A DNA stretch of 64,000 nt from Nitrospirota bacterium (GTDB taxonomy: Bacteria; Nitrospirota; JACRHJ01). Shown here one piece after another: positions 1-16,302 of the stretch. The notes beneath the pieces were generated by a model. The model did no database searches. It had not been told where the DNA came from and saw only the letters and a list, made by a program, of their open reading frames with translations. A program made the translations under genes and the position numbers. The stretch covers positions 1-64,000 of the forward strand of contig CAWJRJ010000015.1 of the NCBI GenBank assembly GCA_963845245.1, read 5' to 3'. The first letter of the stretch is position 1, and each line of letters opens with the position of its first letter.

Positions 1-394
1 GTCTTGAATGAGAAAAGCTTCATGCCCAAGCTCGAATCACGCGGCTTCCAGCGCGCGATTTTCGCCGAGTCGCCAATCGCCCAGCAGGTGGCGCTTTTCA
101 GGCAGCGGAAATCGTCGTCGCGCCGCACGGGGCAGGCCTCGCCCACATCGCCTGGTGCAAACCGGGCACGAAAATTATTGAGTTCTTCCCGAGCCCCGAT
201 GGACCGCGCGGCCGCGTCCGAAACGCCACATATGATTACTGGCTTCTCTCGCAGCTTCTGGGCCTCGATTATTCATGCCGCCTTGCGGGCCCGATCGAAA
301 CCCGCAATGATGGCTTCAGCATTGGAGAAGATCTGATGACGAGCGCCGTTGAAGAGGCCCTTGCCCGCCCGAAGGTCGAGACCGCGCCGGTTTG

Positions 395-1041
395 ATGCGT
401 TTCATCCGTTCCAATGAGGATCTTGAGTGGCATATCGGAAGCCTGACTGAGGCGCATCCGATGTTCGAGCCGCTCCGCGAAGCGGCCGGCGCCGTGCCCG
501 TGCGCTGGCTCGACCGCGGCTTCAAGGGCCTCGTCTTTGTTGTGACCGGCCAGCAGATCTCGGTTGCGGCCGGGAGGGCGATATATGGCCGGCTCGAAGC
601 GGCGCTCGGCGACATCACAGCCGAAACCGTGGCGGCGGCAAACGATGATGTGTTGCGCGCCGCCGGTTTTTCCGCGCCCAAGATACGCACCTTGCGCGCG
701 CTCCGAGACGCCGCGATGGGCGGCGCCCTCGATCTCGATGCGCTGGAGGAGCAAAGCGCAGAGGAGGCGATCCTTTCGCTATGTACACATCAAGGGGATC
801 GGCCCCTGGACCTGCAGAAGGTCTACCTGCTCTTTGCGGCCGGGCACCCCGACATTTTCCCGGCGGCCGACGTAGCCCTTCAGGAGTCGCGCGGCTCGCC
901 TTTGCGCTCGATGCGCGACCGGCGGCGCGCGATTTCCGCGCGATGTCCGATGCCTGGTCGCCCTGGCGCAGCGCCGCGGCGCGTCTCCTTTGGGCCTACT
1001 ACCGCGTGAGGAAGGGCGGCAAAATGGTCACGCCGGTATAG
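395..1041 (+). CDS. alkA: DNA-3-methyladenine glycosylase 2 (AlkA/HhH-GPD family), apparent indels near 785-900
   Basis: Motifs GQQISVAAG.AIY.RL, LRAAGFS..KIRTL, IKGIGPWT, D.FPAADVALQ and WSPWRSAAARLLWAYY are spread over three overlapping ORF frames. Confidence 0.8.
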
Positions 1042-1508
1042 GACTTCGCTTCTGGAGCGGCGCATCTTGTGCTGTGGGGACGTGATGCAGCTTGAAGGCC
1101 GACTTCAATTCGGATCGCGCAAGCGCGGCCCGATATATCGACGGCATACCTGCAGTGAACCGATAAAGGTTCAGCCGCAAGAACGACATCGGGAGTCTCC
1201 TTGCCGCCAATCCTCAGTCATCTGAACGCCGTTATCGAGGAAGGTCGCCAGCATCTCTCGCGCATTCTCGCCGAAGTCGGCATCGACAATGTCATTGAAT
1301 TGGCGGGTTATGGTCGTGTCGCGCATGAACTTGCCGATGTTCTTCGGCTCGCGCTGCGACTTTTACGATCACGGTACAGGCCGCCAGCGGCGCGTGGTTG
1401 TTGCTTAGTCGCGTGCTGCTCAACTTCCCAAAACGGCAATCCCTCGATTTTGTAAGCAATTTAAATCGTTTTTGTAACTTTGGCAACCTAACTATAATAA
1501 TACTCGTG

Positions 1509-1994
1509 ATGTTTTCAGGAATTGTTGAAGAGCCTGCCAAAGTGGTTGGACTTAAAAAAGGAAAGAGAGAATCTACATATTTCCTTAACCTGTTCTTTTG
1601 TCGAAAGCCTTAAAATTGATCAAAGTATTTCCCATAACGGTGTTTGTTTAACTGTTGTTAAAAAAGAAGGAAATACATATACCGTAACTGCAATAAAAGA
1701 GACCCTTGAAAAATCAAATCTTGGCTTGCTCAAAGTTGGGGATAAGGTAAACCTTGAACGAAGCATGAAAATGGATAGACTTGCTTGATGGTCATCTTGT
1801 ACAAGGCCATGTTGACCAAACAGCGGAGTGTACAGAGGTTAAAGAAGCGGATGGTAGTTGGTATTATACTTTTAAGTACGATCCCAAGGTTGGAAATATA
1901 ACTGTTGAGAAAGGCTCGGTATCGGTTAACGGGGTTAGTCTAACCGTAGTAAATTCACAAGAAGGTTCGTTTCAGGTTGCTATCATCCCTTATA
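1509..1994 (+). CDS. ribE: Riboflavin synthase alpha chain, frameshifted and 3'-truncated fragment
   Basis: Starts MFSGIVEE (MFTGIVE signature), then SISHNGVCLTV, VNLERS, DGHLVQGHVD, KGSVSVNGVSLTV, FQVAIIPY. Sequence switches abruptly after ~1994; AT-rich relative to both flanks. Confidence 0.9.
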
Positions 1995-2848
1995 GTGCCT
2001 GAGGGCGGCATCGTTTGCCGAGGTGATGCTGATGCCGTGCGTATAAAGCTCGCGGCAGTCGCGACGACGATGAAGAACGCGATGAAGTCGGTGAAGAAAG
2101 CCCCGAAGAAGACCTCGGCCTTGGTGTAGCCGTACTCCTCCACCTTCACCCCCTTGTCCGCGACGGCGGACTGGAGGAAGAACTGCATCCACGGTGTGAT
2201 CGTCGTGCCTATGAGCGCGATGGCGAGGTTTATGTAGGACGGGGTCATCTTGAAGGAAGGCGTGACCATGCTCTCCATTACCTGCCCCCAGGGCGGTGAG
2301 GCGAGGAAGCCGGAGATGACGTAGGTGAAGTAGAGGAGGCAGAAGAAAAGGAAGACCCGCTCGACGTGTTTGTAGTTGCCCTTGACGACCAGGAACCATA
2401 CGAAGGCCGCGCCGAGCGGCACGGAGATGAGCTTGCTCACCCCGAACAGCTCCATCGAGGCCGCTACGCCCGCGAACTCCGCTATGGTGCAGGTGAGGTT
2501 CGCTATGATCAGGAGCACCATGCAGAAGAAGGTCAGACGTACGCCGAACCGCTCCCGGATCAGGTCCGCAAGCCCCTTCCCGGTCACCACACCCATGCGC
2601 GCGACCATCTCCTGCACGACCGCGAGGTTGAAGGTGATGAGGAGCAGCAGCCAGAGCAGGCCGTAGCCCTCCTGGGCGCCCGCTATGGCATAGGTCGCTA
2701 TGCCGCCCGCGTCGTTGTCGGCGTTCGCCGTTATGAGGCCCGGGCCCATAAGCGCAAGGAACATGAGCAGGCTGCGCCGGTTGAGCTTTTTCAGGTTCGT
2801 GAATATTGAACGTAGTGACATAATATACTTCTCAGGGCCGTCTTCCAT
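1995..2848 (-). CDS. Nramp-family divalent metal transporter, 3'-truncated
   Basis: GPGLITANADNDAGGIATY, QEMVARMGVVTGKGLADLIRERFG and IGTTITPWMQFF motifs; many TM helices; ends at the junction with the ribE fragment. Confidence 0.88.
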
Positions 2849-2850
2849 AG

Positions 2851-4132
2851 TCAGCCTATCCTGTGCTTTCTGCGCCGCGACTGCGGCGGCAGTACCAGGT
2901 CCACCACGTCGTCCACCGTGACTATGCCAAGGAGTTTTTTGTCCTCGTCCATGACAGGCAGGGACAGCAGGTTGTACTTCGATATGATCTCGCGCGACCT
3001 CCATCTCGTCCTCGTCCGGGGTCGGCGGACTTGATGTCCGTGCGCATTATCTCGGACATCGAGCTTCTTCGGCTGGGCGAGGAGCAGGTCCTTTAAGTAG
3101 CACCTCGCCCAGAAGCCGCTCGTCCGGGTCAGTTATGTAGAGCGACGTAGGCCGAGGACGACTCGATGTCCGGCGCCTCGAGCCGGTACTCCACAAGCGC
3201 TTCCTCGACTGTCATATCCGGGCGGGAACGAGAGGTACTCGGTGGTCATCAAGCCGCCCGCGGTGTCCTCCTCGTGTTCCGAGAAGCTCCTGCACGTCCT
3301 CGGCCTCTTCCGACTCCATGAGCTTCGAGTATGCCGTGCGCCTTGTCTTCGGACAGGTCCGCCATCAGGTCGGCGGCCTCGTCCGGCGGCATCGCCTCAA
3401 GGATGTCCGCGGCCTGTTCCTCGTCCATCTGGGCTATGATGGTCAGCCTGCACGGACGGCTCAAGCTCGTGTATGGTCTCGGCCGCCGTCTCTATGTCCA
3501 GCGACTCGACTATCGCCCTCCTGTCCTTGTGCGAGACCTCGGAGATTATCTGCGCGATGTCGGAGGGGTGCAGCCGGTTCATCTGGCCGCGCGGGACGGT
3601 CAGCGCGAGCTTCGACAGCTTTGGTTCCGAGCGGCTGGAGGAAGTTCCAGCTTATGAGGTCGGTCGTGTGCTTGAAGCCCAGAAGCCTGGCCAGCTTCTC
3701 CCAGCGCCTCTTGAGGCCCAGCCGTGCGGAAAAGCCCGGAAACCCCCACGTCCGCCGCAATAAGGCAGAGGTGGCCCTTTACCTCGCCCAGCTTCAGGTC
3801 GTTCACGCGGACGACTTTGGCCCCGTTTATGTCCACTATCTGCTTGTCGAGCAGGTTTTTGCAGACGAGCATCTCGTCCGGCCCATATGGCGGTCGATGT
3901 ATATGAGTGCGGGAAGCTTCGTGGAGATTACCATCTTGTTGAAGATGGCGACGTCTTCCCAGGGGACCATGTAGCGGGCGCCCTTACGGGTTACGAGCAG
4001 CCCGGATACCCTGGGGAATAGCTCGCCCAGGGATATGGTGAAGTCCGCCAGCCGCCCCACCTCGTCCCCGTGGGGGTCGAGCACCTGCTTGCGCAGGACC
4101 TCGCTGACGTACATGTCTCCTATGAAATGCAT
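2851..4132 (-). CDS. MgtE-like cytosolic protein (PRC-barrel x2, MgtE-N, CBS pair), several indels
   Basis: LLDKQIVDINGAKVVRVNDL, LHPSDIAQII, MPPDEAADL and a C-terminal CBS-like end across frames; directly upstream of the Nramp gene. Confidence 0.78.
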
Positions 4133-4366
4133 GGCGGCCGCCTGTAGTGAGAGGGAAAACCATTAAAAGGCTAACAACTTATAGCTCAATAAGCATGGAT
4201 TGTCAAGCGATTAAGGCCGCGCAAGGCCTCCGATAGGCCTATTATAGAGCATCTGGAAGGGCCGCCGGGTCAGGTCCTGCAGTTGCTTTTTTCAATAACA
4301 TTTCCTAGTCTGTCGTCAAATAAGAGAACCCTAAGTATCCATTAAAAAGTTTAATATTGAAAAGGG

Positions 4367-4396
4367 TTGACAACCTCCCTTTTTAAATGTTAATTT
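4367..4396 (+). promoter_or_regulatory. Candidate sigma70 promoter of the atp operon
   Basis: TTGACA at 4367 followed by TGnTAATTT at an 18-nt spacer, in AT-rich intergenic DNA. Confidence 0.45.
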
Positions 4397-4449
4397 GCAG
4401 CGTTTTCAATAAAAGCCAAAGCTAAAACCATTTGCCGGAGGTACAGGGT

Positions 4450-4876
4450 ATGGTAGATATAAATTACACGATTTTGGTCCAGCTCGCAAACTTCCTCGTC
4501 CTGCTATTCATCCTGAACTTCCTTCTTGTTCAGGCCTGTCCTTAAGCACTTCGCCGACAGGGACGGCAAGATATCCACTTCGCACGAAGAGGCCAGGGCC
4601 AGCGCGGACAAGGCCGAGAACATGCTCGCGGAGTTCGAGCACGAGCTCGCGGCGAGCAGGGTGAAGGCCAACCAGGTCTACCAGGCGCTCCAGCAGGAAG
4701 GCGTATCCGAGCAGAGGGCGAGGCTTTCCGCCGCCAAGGCGAAGGCCCAGGAGATGGTCGACAAGGCCAAGGCCGAGATAGAGTCTGAAGCCGGCAAGGC
4801 GAGGCAGACGCTTAAATCCGAGATGGAGAAGCTGCCCAAGGAGATAGCCTCCAAGCTTCTGGGCAGGGCCGTTTAA
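4450..4876 (+). CDS. atpF: ATP synthase Fo subunit b' (one apparent indel near 4525)
   Basis: MVDINYTILVQLANFLVLLFILNFL then FRPVLKHFADR and a coiled coil ending IASKLLGRAV; first gene of the atp cluster. Confidence 0.88.
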
Positions 4877-5483
4877 TGCTGAGGAATAAAATGAAAATCA
4901 GACCGGAATACAAAAAAGCCGCAAAAACAGCGCTTATAGTCTTTGGAATGGTTGCCCTGACCGCTGCTGTCGCATTTGCTGAGACTGAAGGCGGCGAGGA
5001 TGCGACGACTACCATGGATTGGGTATGGCGCGTCGTAGACTTTGCCATAATAGCCGGAGTGCTCGTTTACTTTGTCTCCAGGCCCTTCAAGAACTTCTTC
5101 AGGAGCAGGGTCGAAGGCATAGAGGCCGCCCTCGCGGAGGCGAAGACCGCCCGCGAGGAGGCCATTGAAGAGGCTTGCCGACGTCGAGGCCAGGCTCAAG
5201 GACAAGGACGCGGAGGTACAGTCCCTCCTGAAGGTGGCCGAGGAGAACGGCCAAAAGGAGAGGGCGCTTCTCCTCAAGGACAGCGAGCAGATGGGCGAAG
5301 ACATACTGGCTTCGGCCAAGGAGAATATAGACGCCGAGCTTCTAAAGGCCAAAGGACGCACTAAGGCGCGAGGCAGCGCTGCTCGCGGTGGAGCTTGCGG
5401 AGAAGATGGTCAAGGAGAACATAAAGAAGGAAGACCAGGCCAGGATCGTCGAGGAATACATAGCCAAGGTTGGGGGTCGATAA
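4876..5483 (+). CDS. atpF: ATP synthase Fo subunit b (indels)
   Basis: WRVVDFAIIAGVLVYFVSRPFKNFFRSRVEGIE TM segment plus a coiled coil continuing in shifted frames. Confidence 0.88.
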
Positions 5484-6033
5484 ATGCTTAAGGACATCAT
5501 AGCCAAGAGGTACGCAAAGGCGCTTCTCTCCCTTGCCGGGCAGTCCGGGCGAGACGGAGGCCGTAAAGAAGGACCTGACCGCGGTGGCGGAGATGTACAG
5601 GACGAGCAAGAACCTCCAGAGCGTCTATCTGAACCCGGTCTTCAGCGCAAAGGACAAGTCGAACGTGATCAATGGCCTGGTAGCGGAGATGAAGCTGACG
5701 TACGGTTTCGCGCACGGTTCCTAGACCTGCTGGTCGAGAAGGGCCGTTTCAGGTATATACGGGAGGTCGCGGCGTCATACTCCGACCTGCTGGACATCGC
5801 TGCAGGGCAGGGTGAAGGCGACGGTCACCGTCCGCCGCAGGCGCTCTCCGACGCAGAGGCTGCAGAAGCTAAAGGAAAGATCAAGGCCATGGTCGGCAAG
5901 GACGTCGAACTGAGCATGGAGGTGGACCCGGCGCTTATCGGCGGGGTGAAGCACGAGGATCGGCAGCACGGTTTACGACGGGAGCCTAAAGAACCAGGTG
6001 AAGCTGGTGCGCGAAGCGCTTTTGAAGGGCTGA
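5484..6033 (+). CDS. atpH: ATP synthase F1 delta subunit (indels)
   Basis: IAKRYAKAL start, FLDLLVEKGR and EVDPALIGG; lies between b and alpha. Confidence 0.9.
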
Positions 6034-6096
6034 TGCAGTCACGGACCAGTACCGGACGAAAAGCAGCCTTTATATAAAATAAGAGCATTACATTAA

Positions 6097-7624
<1,528 letters not shown>

Positions 7625-7633
7625 GGGGATAAA

Positions 7634-8495
7634 ATGGGCTTAAGGGATATCCTTAGAAGGATAAGAAGTGTAAAGAGTACGCAGCAGATCACCAAGGCGA
7701 TGAAGGCCGTTTCGGCCTCAAAGCTTCGGAAGGCTCAGGCTGCGATGATGGCAGCAAGACCGTACGCCAACAAGATGGTCACTGTCCTCGGCAGCCTTGC
7801 CTCAAGGGCTCCCAGGGAGTACCATCCGCTGCTTGCGCACAGGGGTTCGCAGGAGGGTCGAGTTCCTCATCCTTACCTCCGACAGGGGCCTCTGTAGTTC
7901 GTTCAATACGAATGTCATGAAAAAGGCTGTGGTCCTCTTTAACGAAAAGAAGGCCGAGAACTGCGACATAACGCTCAACGTCGTGGGCCGCAAGGGCAGG
8001 GACTTCCTGAAAAGGCGCGGATACGATGTGCGCAAGGACTGGACCGGCATATCGGGCCACCTCAGCTATTCCCATGCGTCCATGATAGCTCAAGAGGTTA
8101 TAGAGAACTACGTGAACGCCGAGGTGGACGAGGTCTACATAATATATAACGAGTTCAAGTCGGCGCTTGCACAGATAGTACAGGCGGAGAAGATACTGCC
8201 GATAGAGCCGCCGGAGACCGCAGTGAGTGGCGAGGCTGGAGATTATATCTATGAGCCCTCGCCGGAGACGGTGCTCGATACCCTGCTCCCGAAGTATGTG
8301 GAGTTCCAGGTTTACCGCGCGCTTCTTGAGTCCGAGGCCTCTGAGCTTGGCGCCAGGATGTCGGCCATGGACTCCGCCTCCAACAATGCCAAGGACATGA
8401 TATCGAAGCTCACGCTTAAATACAACAAGGCACGCCAGGCTGCAATCACCAAGGAGCTGATGGAGATCATCGGCGGCGCAGAGGCCTTGAAGTAA
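7634..8495 (+). CDS. atpG: ATP synthase F1 gamma subunit (one indel near 7850)
   Basis: [24 protein letters not shown] and [22 protein letters not shown]. Confidence 0.97.
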
Positions 8496-8500
8496 TAAAC

Positions 8501-10060
<1,560 letters not shown>

Positions 10061-10063
10061 CCC

Positions 10064-10465
10064 ATGGACAAGCTCATACTTGAGATCGTAACTCCCGAAC
10101 GCAGGGTGGTCAGGGAAGAGGTGGACGAGGTAGTCTGCCCGGGAATAGAAGGCGAGTTCGGCGTGCTGCCGGGCCACACTCCGTTCCTGACTGCGCTGAA
10201 AATCGGTGAGCTGAACTACCGCATCGGCGACCAGAGGAAGTACATTGCAATAACCTGGGGCTATGCGGAGGTCGACCACGACCGCGTTGAAATCCTCGCC
10301 GATATGGCCGAGACTGCGGAAGAGATAGACTTGAGGCGCGCCGAAGAAGCAAAGACGAAAGCAGAGACCAAACTTCGTGGCACACCGGAAGAGGTCGAGT
10401 TCGAACAGGCGCAGGTCTCTCTTGAGAAGGCGGTCATCAGGATTCAGGTGGCTGGAAAAAAATAA
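10064..10465 (+). CDS. atpC: ATP synthase F1 epsilon subunit
   Basis: LEIVTPER and EGEFGVLPGHTPF; last gene of the operon. Confidence 0.98.
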   Translation: MDKLILEIVTPERRVVREEVDEVVCPGIEGEFGVLPGHTPFLTALKIGELNYRIGDQRKYIAITWGYAEVDHDRVEILADMAETAEEIDLRRAEEAKTKAETKLRGTPEEVEFEQAQVSLEKAVIRIQVAGKK

Positions 10466-10505
10466 GGCAAGCCACTCATTCTGAGGGTGGCAGGTGATAT
10501 ATTAT

Positions 10506-10539
10506 AAAAACGGCGTCCGTTATGGACGCCGTTTTTTTT
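10506..10539 (+). terminator. Rho-independent terminator after atpC
   Basis: AAAAACGGCGTCC-gttat-GGACGCCGTTTTTTTT. Confidence 0.9.
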
Positions 10540-10702
10540 GTGAGCCCCACGTAACTTTACCTGAATAGTCCCAGCCGGTTTCCAATCCGATAGAACCCAG
10601 TTGCACTACCCAGCCATATCAGCACTTCTATGTACTTAATTAAAATAATCAATATGGTTGATTCTTGGTATATTCTGGTAAAAAACCCAATTAAAACAGC
10701 CA

Positions 10703-10762
10703 ATTAATTAATTTTAATTAATGGTAATCATTATTGACACTAGGGTATGTAATGTATATACT
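10703..10762 (+). promoter_or_regulatory. 20-bp palindrome plus sigma70 promoter, copy 1
   Basis: ATTAATTAATTTTAATTAAT (10703-10722), 11 nt, TTGACA (10734), N17, TATACT. Confidence 0.8.
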
Positions 10763-10870
10763 CGCTTTAAAGTTTCTAAGGGAGGTGATAAGTGAAGGGT
10801 GAATATTCGTAGTGTAAGGGAGTTCTCAGCTGGAATGTGTGAATATGCAGCAAAGAAGGGAAAAATTATT

Positions 10871-12369
<1,499 letters not shown>

Positions 12370-12396
12370 GTTATAAATTAAGATAATCTGCTTGAT

Positions 12397-12426
12397 AAGG
12401 CGTCTCGAAAGGGACGCCTTTTTTTT
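12397..12426 (+). terminator. Rho-independent terminator
   Basis: AAGGCGTCTC-gaaa-GGGACGCCTT followed by a T-run. Confidence 0.88.
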
Positions 12427-12580
12427 GGCTTGGCTCAATTCTGCGTACCGCCTGTGATGTAATAACGTTGAAATTCAATAGACTGACCTGGTAACTCAAC
12501 TTTATTTTGAATAGTATTATTTAATTAGAATTTTTATCAGTTTAGGTGTTGAATAACAATAAAGCCAATGTAATCAGATA

Positions 12581-12640
12581 ATTAATTAATATTAATTAAT
12601 GGTAACAGTTCTTGACTATGTAAAGGATTATGAATAAACT
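12581..12640 (+). promoter_or_regulatory. 20-bp palindrome plus sigma70 promoter, copy 2
   Basis: Perfect palindrome ATTAATTAATATTAATTAAT (12581-12600), 11 nt, TTGACT, N17, TAAACT. Confidence 0.8.
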
Positions 12641-12748
12641 CATGTTAACTTTTTGAATGGGGGTGATGTAGAGAAAGTGAAAAAGATCAGTGACAGGGTT
12701 TGTTTAATTGTAATGTTCGTATGTGCAGCAAAGAAGGAGAAAAAATTC

Positions 12749-14133
12749 ATGAAGAGAATGATGAAGCATATGTTGATGTCTCTGGCAGCAACGGCTCTTG
12801 TAATGATAGGGGCCACGGCCGGCCATGCCGCATCCCTGGCAGAGGGCACGACCTTGTATAATGCCGATTGTTCCGGATGTCACGGTCCGCTTGCAAGCTC
12901 AGACTGGCTTGGTGCCACCCCTGCGATGATCAGCACGGGCATTAGCACGCAGTCAGGCATGAGTAAGTTTGGCGCAATGGGATCTATGATGTTGACGTCT
13001 GACCAGATACTCTCAATCTCGATAGCGCTTGGCGGTTCGCCGGTTCCGACCCGACACCGACACCGACACCGACACCAACGCCGACACCGGCACCGAGCAT
13101 CACATTGACCTCAAGCGTCTCTGGCGGCACCGTGAACCTAAGCTGGATGATAGCCAACCTTACGGGCGTTTCCTCTTATACCATGCTAAGGAACGGCGTT
13201 AGCGTGGGTACTTCTATGATGGGATCAAGCTACGCCGACATGGGAATGATGAACGGTACCTACAGCTATGAAGTAGATGCAATCGGCAGCACCGGCGCAG
13301 TCCTTGCCAGGAGCAATGTCGTTAGCGTGACCGTGTATGTGGCCCCGACACCGACTCCGACTCCGACTCCGACACCGACTCCGACTCCGACACCGACACC
13401 GACACCGACTCCGACTCCGACTCCGACTCCGACTCCGACTCCGACTCCGACTCCAACACCGACACCAACACCAACACCAACACCAACACCGACTCCAACA
13501 CCAACACCAACACCAACACCAACACCAACACCAACACCAACACCAACACCAACACCTTCGCCTACTCCGACTCCGACCGGAACTGTTGTGATGACTTCAA
13601 GTGTATCGGGCAGCAACGTGACACTCAGATGGACGAAATCCGGTCTCTCTGGTTTTGTGTCGTACAACGTACTGAGAAATGGCACGAAAATCGGTTCTAC
13701 CAGGCACATGGTATACAACAACAAAGGCGTTGCGAACGGGTCATACAGCTATGAGGTGGATGCGGTAGACAGAAACGGAAGCCTCCTTGCCCAAAGCAAC
13801 GCTATCAACGTTACGGTAAATTATGTGCCCAAGTCGGCAATTACGAACGGTGCGAAACTTTACAGTACATATTGCTCCAGCTGCCACAAAACACTCTCAA
13901 GCTCAACCGTGATGGGCAAGTCAGCAAGCGACATAAAGAGCGCTATAGCAGCAAACCTGGGCGGCATGGGTTCTCTCAACCTAACCGACGCGCAGGTCCA
14001 GGCGATAGGTATGACCCTTACATCCGGGTATACCCGTACGGACTGCTCTTCCTGCCATAACGGTGATGGTTCGCTGAAGGAAAGCGAATCGAGCGATAGT
14101 TCCAGCGGATCGGGTAGCACCACCGACTATTAG
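12749..14133 (+). CDS. PgcA-like cytochrome c paralog 2: 3 CxxCH, two Fn3/Ig-like domains, long PT linker (one indel near 13050)
   Basis: Near-identical signal peptide and first heme domain to paralog 1; joins ORFs 12653-13108 and 13105-14133. Confidence 0.85.
13345..13578 (+). repeat. 6-bp coding microsatellite (CCRACW)n encoding ~39 Pro-Thr dipeptides
   Basis: Read directly. Shorter tracts occur at ~11168-11272, 11463-11566, 11741-11800, 13045-13097, 15057-15193 and 15393-15450. Confidence 0.95.
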
Positions 14134-14162
14134 TCTAATTAAACGAAAATAATCTGCTCGAT

Positions 14163-14190
14163 AAGGCGCCCCTCCGGGGGCGCCTTTTTT
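14163..14190 (+). terminator. Rho-independent terminator
   Basis: AAGGCGCCCC-tcc-GGGGGCGCCTT followed by a T-run. Confidence 0.88.
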
Positions 14191-14194
14191 ATTA

Positions 14195-14467
14195 ATGGAA
14201 GGTTTGCTGATGTCCTTGACAGCTGCGGCAGTTGTAATGATGGGAGCTACAGCAGGCCACGCCGCATCCCTGGCGGATAGTAGGACCTTGTACAATGCAC
14301 TCTGTGCCAGATGCCACGGCGTGCTTGCTTTATCAAGGGTTGCCAGAGCAAGCTCCGGTGATATACAGGATGCCATTAATGCCAATAAGTGCGGCATGCG
14401 CTCGATCAGTCTCACCAAGGCTCAGCTCGCAACAGGAGATGGCTCTGGCCCCCAGTTTGTTAAATAA
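14195..14467 (+). pseudogene. Truncated or degenerate monoheme paralog of the PgcA-like genes
   Basis: Same signal core ([23 protein letters not shown]) and one CARCH. Lacks the basic n-region, the RBS and the conserved promoter; starts right at a terminator. Confidence 0.6.
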
Positions 14468-14607
14468 AAAAAAGTTTGATAGGGCGCCCTAATTGTACAC
14501 ACGATGCCTACATGACCACGACAGTCATATATAATTCATGCTTTTAAGCAATTGAAAATTCATAAGAATTGGAATAGGCAAGTCGACAAAGTCAATAAAA
14601 TCAGTCC

Positions 14608-14667
14608 ATTAATTAATTTTAATTAATCGTAACTATTCTTGACAAGAGGTTTAATTATTAATATACT
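14608..14667 (+). promoter_or_regulatory. 20-bp palindrome plus sigma70 promoter, copy 3
   Basis: ATTAATTAATTTTAATTAAT (14608-14627), 11 nt, TTGACA (14639), N17, TATACT. Confidence 0.8.
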
Positions 14668-14775
14668 CATGTTAACATTTTGGCTGGAGGTGATTATAGA
14701 AAAAATGAATAGTCGCAATGTTAAGGTCTTGTTAGTTGTGATACCTGGTCTGCAATGCGTAAGGAGAAAAAATTC

Positions 14776-16275
14776 ATGAAGAAAACTATAAAACATATAT
14801 TGATGTCCCTGGCAGCAACGACGCTTGTAATGTTAGGCGCTACGACTGGTCATGCCGCATCCCTGGCGGATGGCACGACGTTGTATAATGCCAATTGTTC
14901 CGGATGTCATGGCCCGCTTGCAAGTTCAGATTGGCTTGGTGCCACCCCTGCGATGATCTCGACGGGTATTAGCATGCAGTCAGCCATGAAAGGGTTCAGC
15001 ACATTGACCGCTGATCAGATACTCTCGATCTCGATAGCGCTTGGTGGATCGCCGGTCCCGACACCGACTCCGGTCCCGACACCGACACCGACTCCGACTC
15101 CGACTCCGACTCCGACTCCGACTCCGACTCCGACACCGACACCGACTCCGACTCCGACACCGACTCCGACACCGACTCCAACTCCAACGCCTATACCCCC
15201 GGTAATTGATGGCGCAGCCTTGTATAACTCAAACTGCGCTGGTTGTCACGGACCGTTAGCTACTTCCGCCAAGATGGGCAGGACCGCTGCCCAGATCCAG
15301 GCCGCGATCAACAGTGTCAGTGCCATGGGTTCCATGATGTTGACCGGTCCTCAGATTGATGCCATAGCAGCTGTTTTGGCCTCTGCTCCTGCACCGACTC
15401 CAACACCGACTCCGACACCTACGCCAACACCGACTCCTACTCCTACTCCGGCCCCTGTTACGCTTGGCCCCGTGACGCTAAGCGCTAAAGTGAATAAAGA
15501 TGCCGTCACCATCAAATGGACAAAACCCGGCAAGGGCAAATTCACCTACAGTGTACTGATGAACGGCTCAAGCTTGGGTATCACCAAAGGCAAGTCCTTC
15601 AAAAGCAAAGGCATGGCGAACGGCACATACAGTTATGAAGTGGACGCGATGGACGCCACCGGTGCCACAGTTGTCCATAGCAATGTTGTAAGTGCTACGG
15701 TAAATTATGTTCCGAAGCCGAAGAAGGCGCCCAAGCCTACGCCGACTCCTGCACCGGTACCTTCACCAGTTCCGGTCTCAATCGACGGCGCAGCCCTGTA
15801 TAACTCGAACTGCTCGGGTTGTCACGGCCCGCTGGCTTCTTCCAGTAAGAGGGGCAGTAGTGCATCCACGATACAGGGCGCAATCAACGGCGTCGGTTCG
15901 ATGAGCGGGATGAAGTCGCTTACCGCCGCACAGGTTCAGGCAATAGCGACTGCACTGTCGTCGTCACCTGTTCCTACGCCTACACCCACTCCTACGCCTG
16001 CACCGACGATCACTGACGGCGTGTCGCTCTACAACGCGAATTGCGTCAGCTGCCATGGGACGCTTTCGAACTCCACCGTGATGGGCAGGTCTGCAACCGA
16101 CATACAGAGCGCGATTGCAGCCAACAGGGGCGGCATGGGTTCGCTCCAACTCACCACTGCGCAGGTCCAGGCCATAGGCGAGGTCCTTACCTCCGGGTTT
16201 AGTCTTCCGGACTGTGCTACCTGCCATAACGCAAACGGTACGCTGAAGTCAAGCGGATCTGGCGGTAGTGACTAG
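14776..16275 (+). CDS. PgcA-like cytochrome c paralog 4: intact, 5 CxxCH, PT linkers, one Fn3/Ig-like domain
   Basis: CSGCH, CAGCH, CSGCH, CVSCH, CATCH; signal peptide; (PT)n linkers. Confidence 0.9.
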   Translation: MKKTIKHILMSLAATTLVMLGATTGHAASLADGTTLYNANCSGCHGPLASSDWLGATPAMISTGISMQSAMKGFSTLTADQILSISIALGGSPVPTPTPVPTPTPTPTPTPTPTPTPTPTPTPTPTPTPTPTPTPTPTPIPPVIDGAALYNSNCAGCHGPLATSAKMGRTAAQIQAAINSVSAMGSMMLTGPQIDAIAAVLASAPAPTPTPTPTPTPTPTPTPTPAPVTLGPVTLSAKVNKDAVTIKWTKPGKGKFTYSVLMNGSSLGITKGKSFKSKGMANGTYSYEVDAMDATGATVVHSNVVSATVNYVPKPKKAPKPTPTPAPVPSPVPVSIDGAALYNSNCSGCHGPLASSSKRGSSASTIQGAINGVGSMSGMKSLTAAQVQAIATALSSSPVPTPTPTPTPAPTITDGVSLYNANCVSCHGTLSNSTVMGRSATDIQSAIAANRGGMGSLQLTTAQVQAIGEVLTSGFSLPDCATCHNANGTLKSSGSGGSD

Positions 16276-16302
16276 TGGATAGTTTTTAATGATTTGTATT
16301 AT

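Noticed and set aside
1041..1400. Gene fragment downstream of alkA
   Set aside because: No consistent frame or motif could be assigned.
10760..10870. GEMM (cyclic dinucleotide) riboswitch upstream of the PgcA-like or giant cytochrome genes
   Set aside because: I could not find the motif by eye; the GAAAGGGACGC strings present are terminator hairpins. An Infernal search with RF01051 would settle it.
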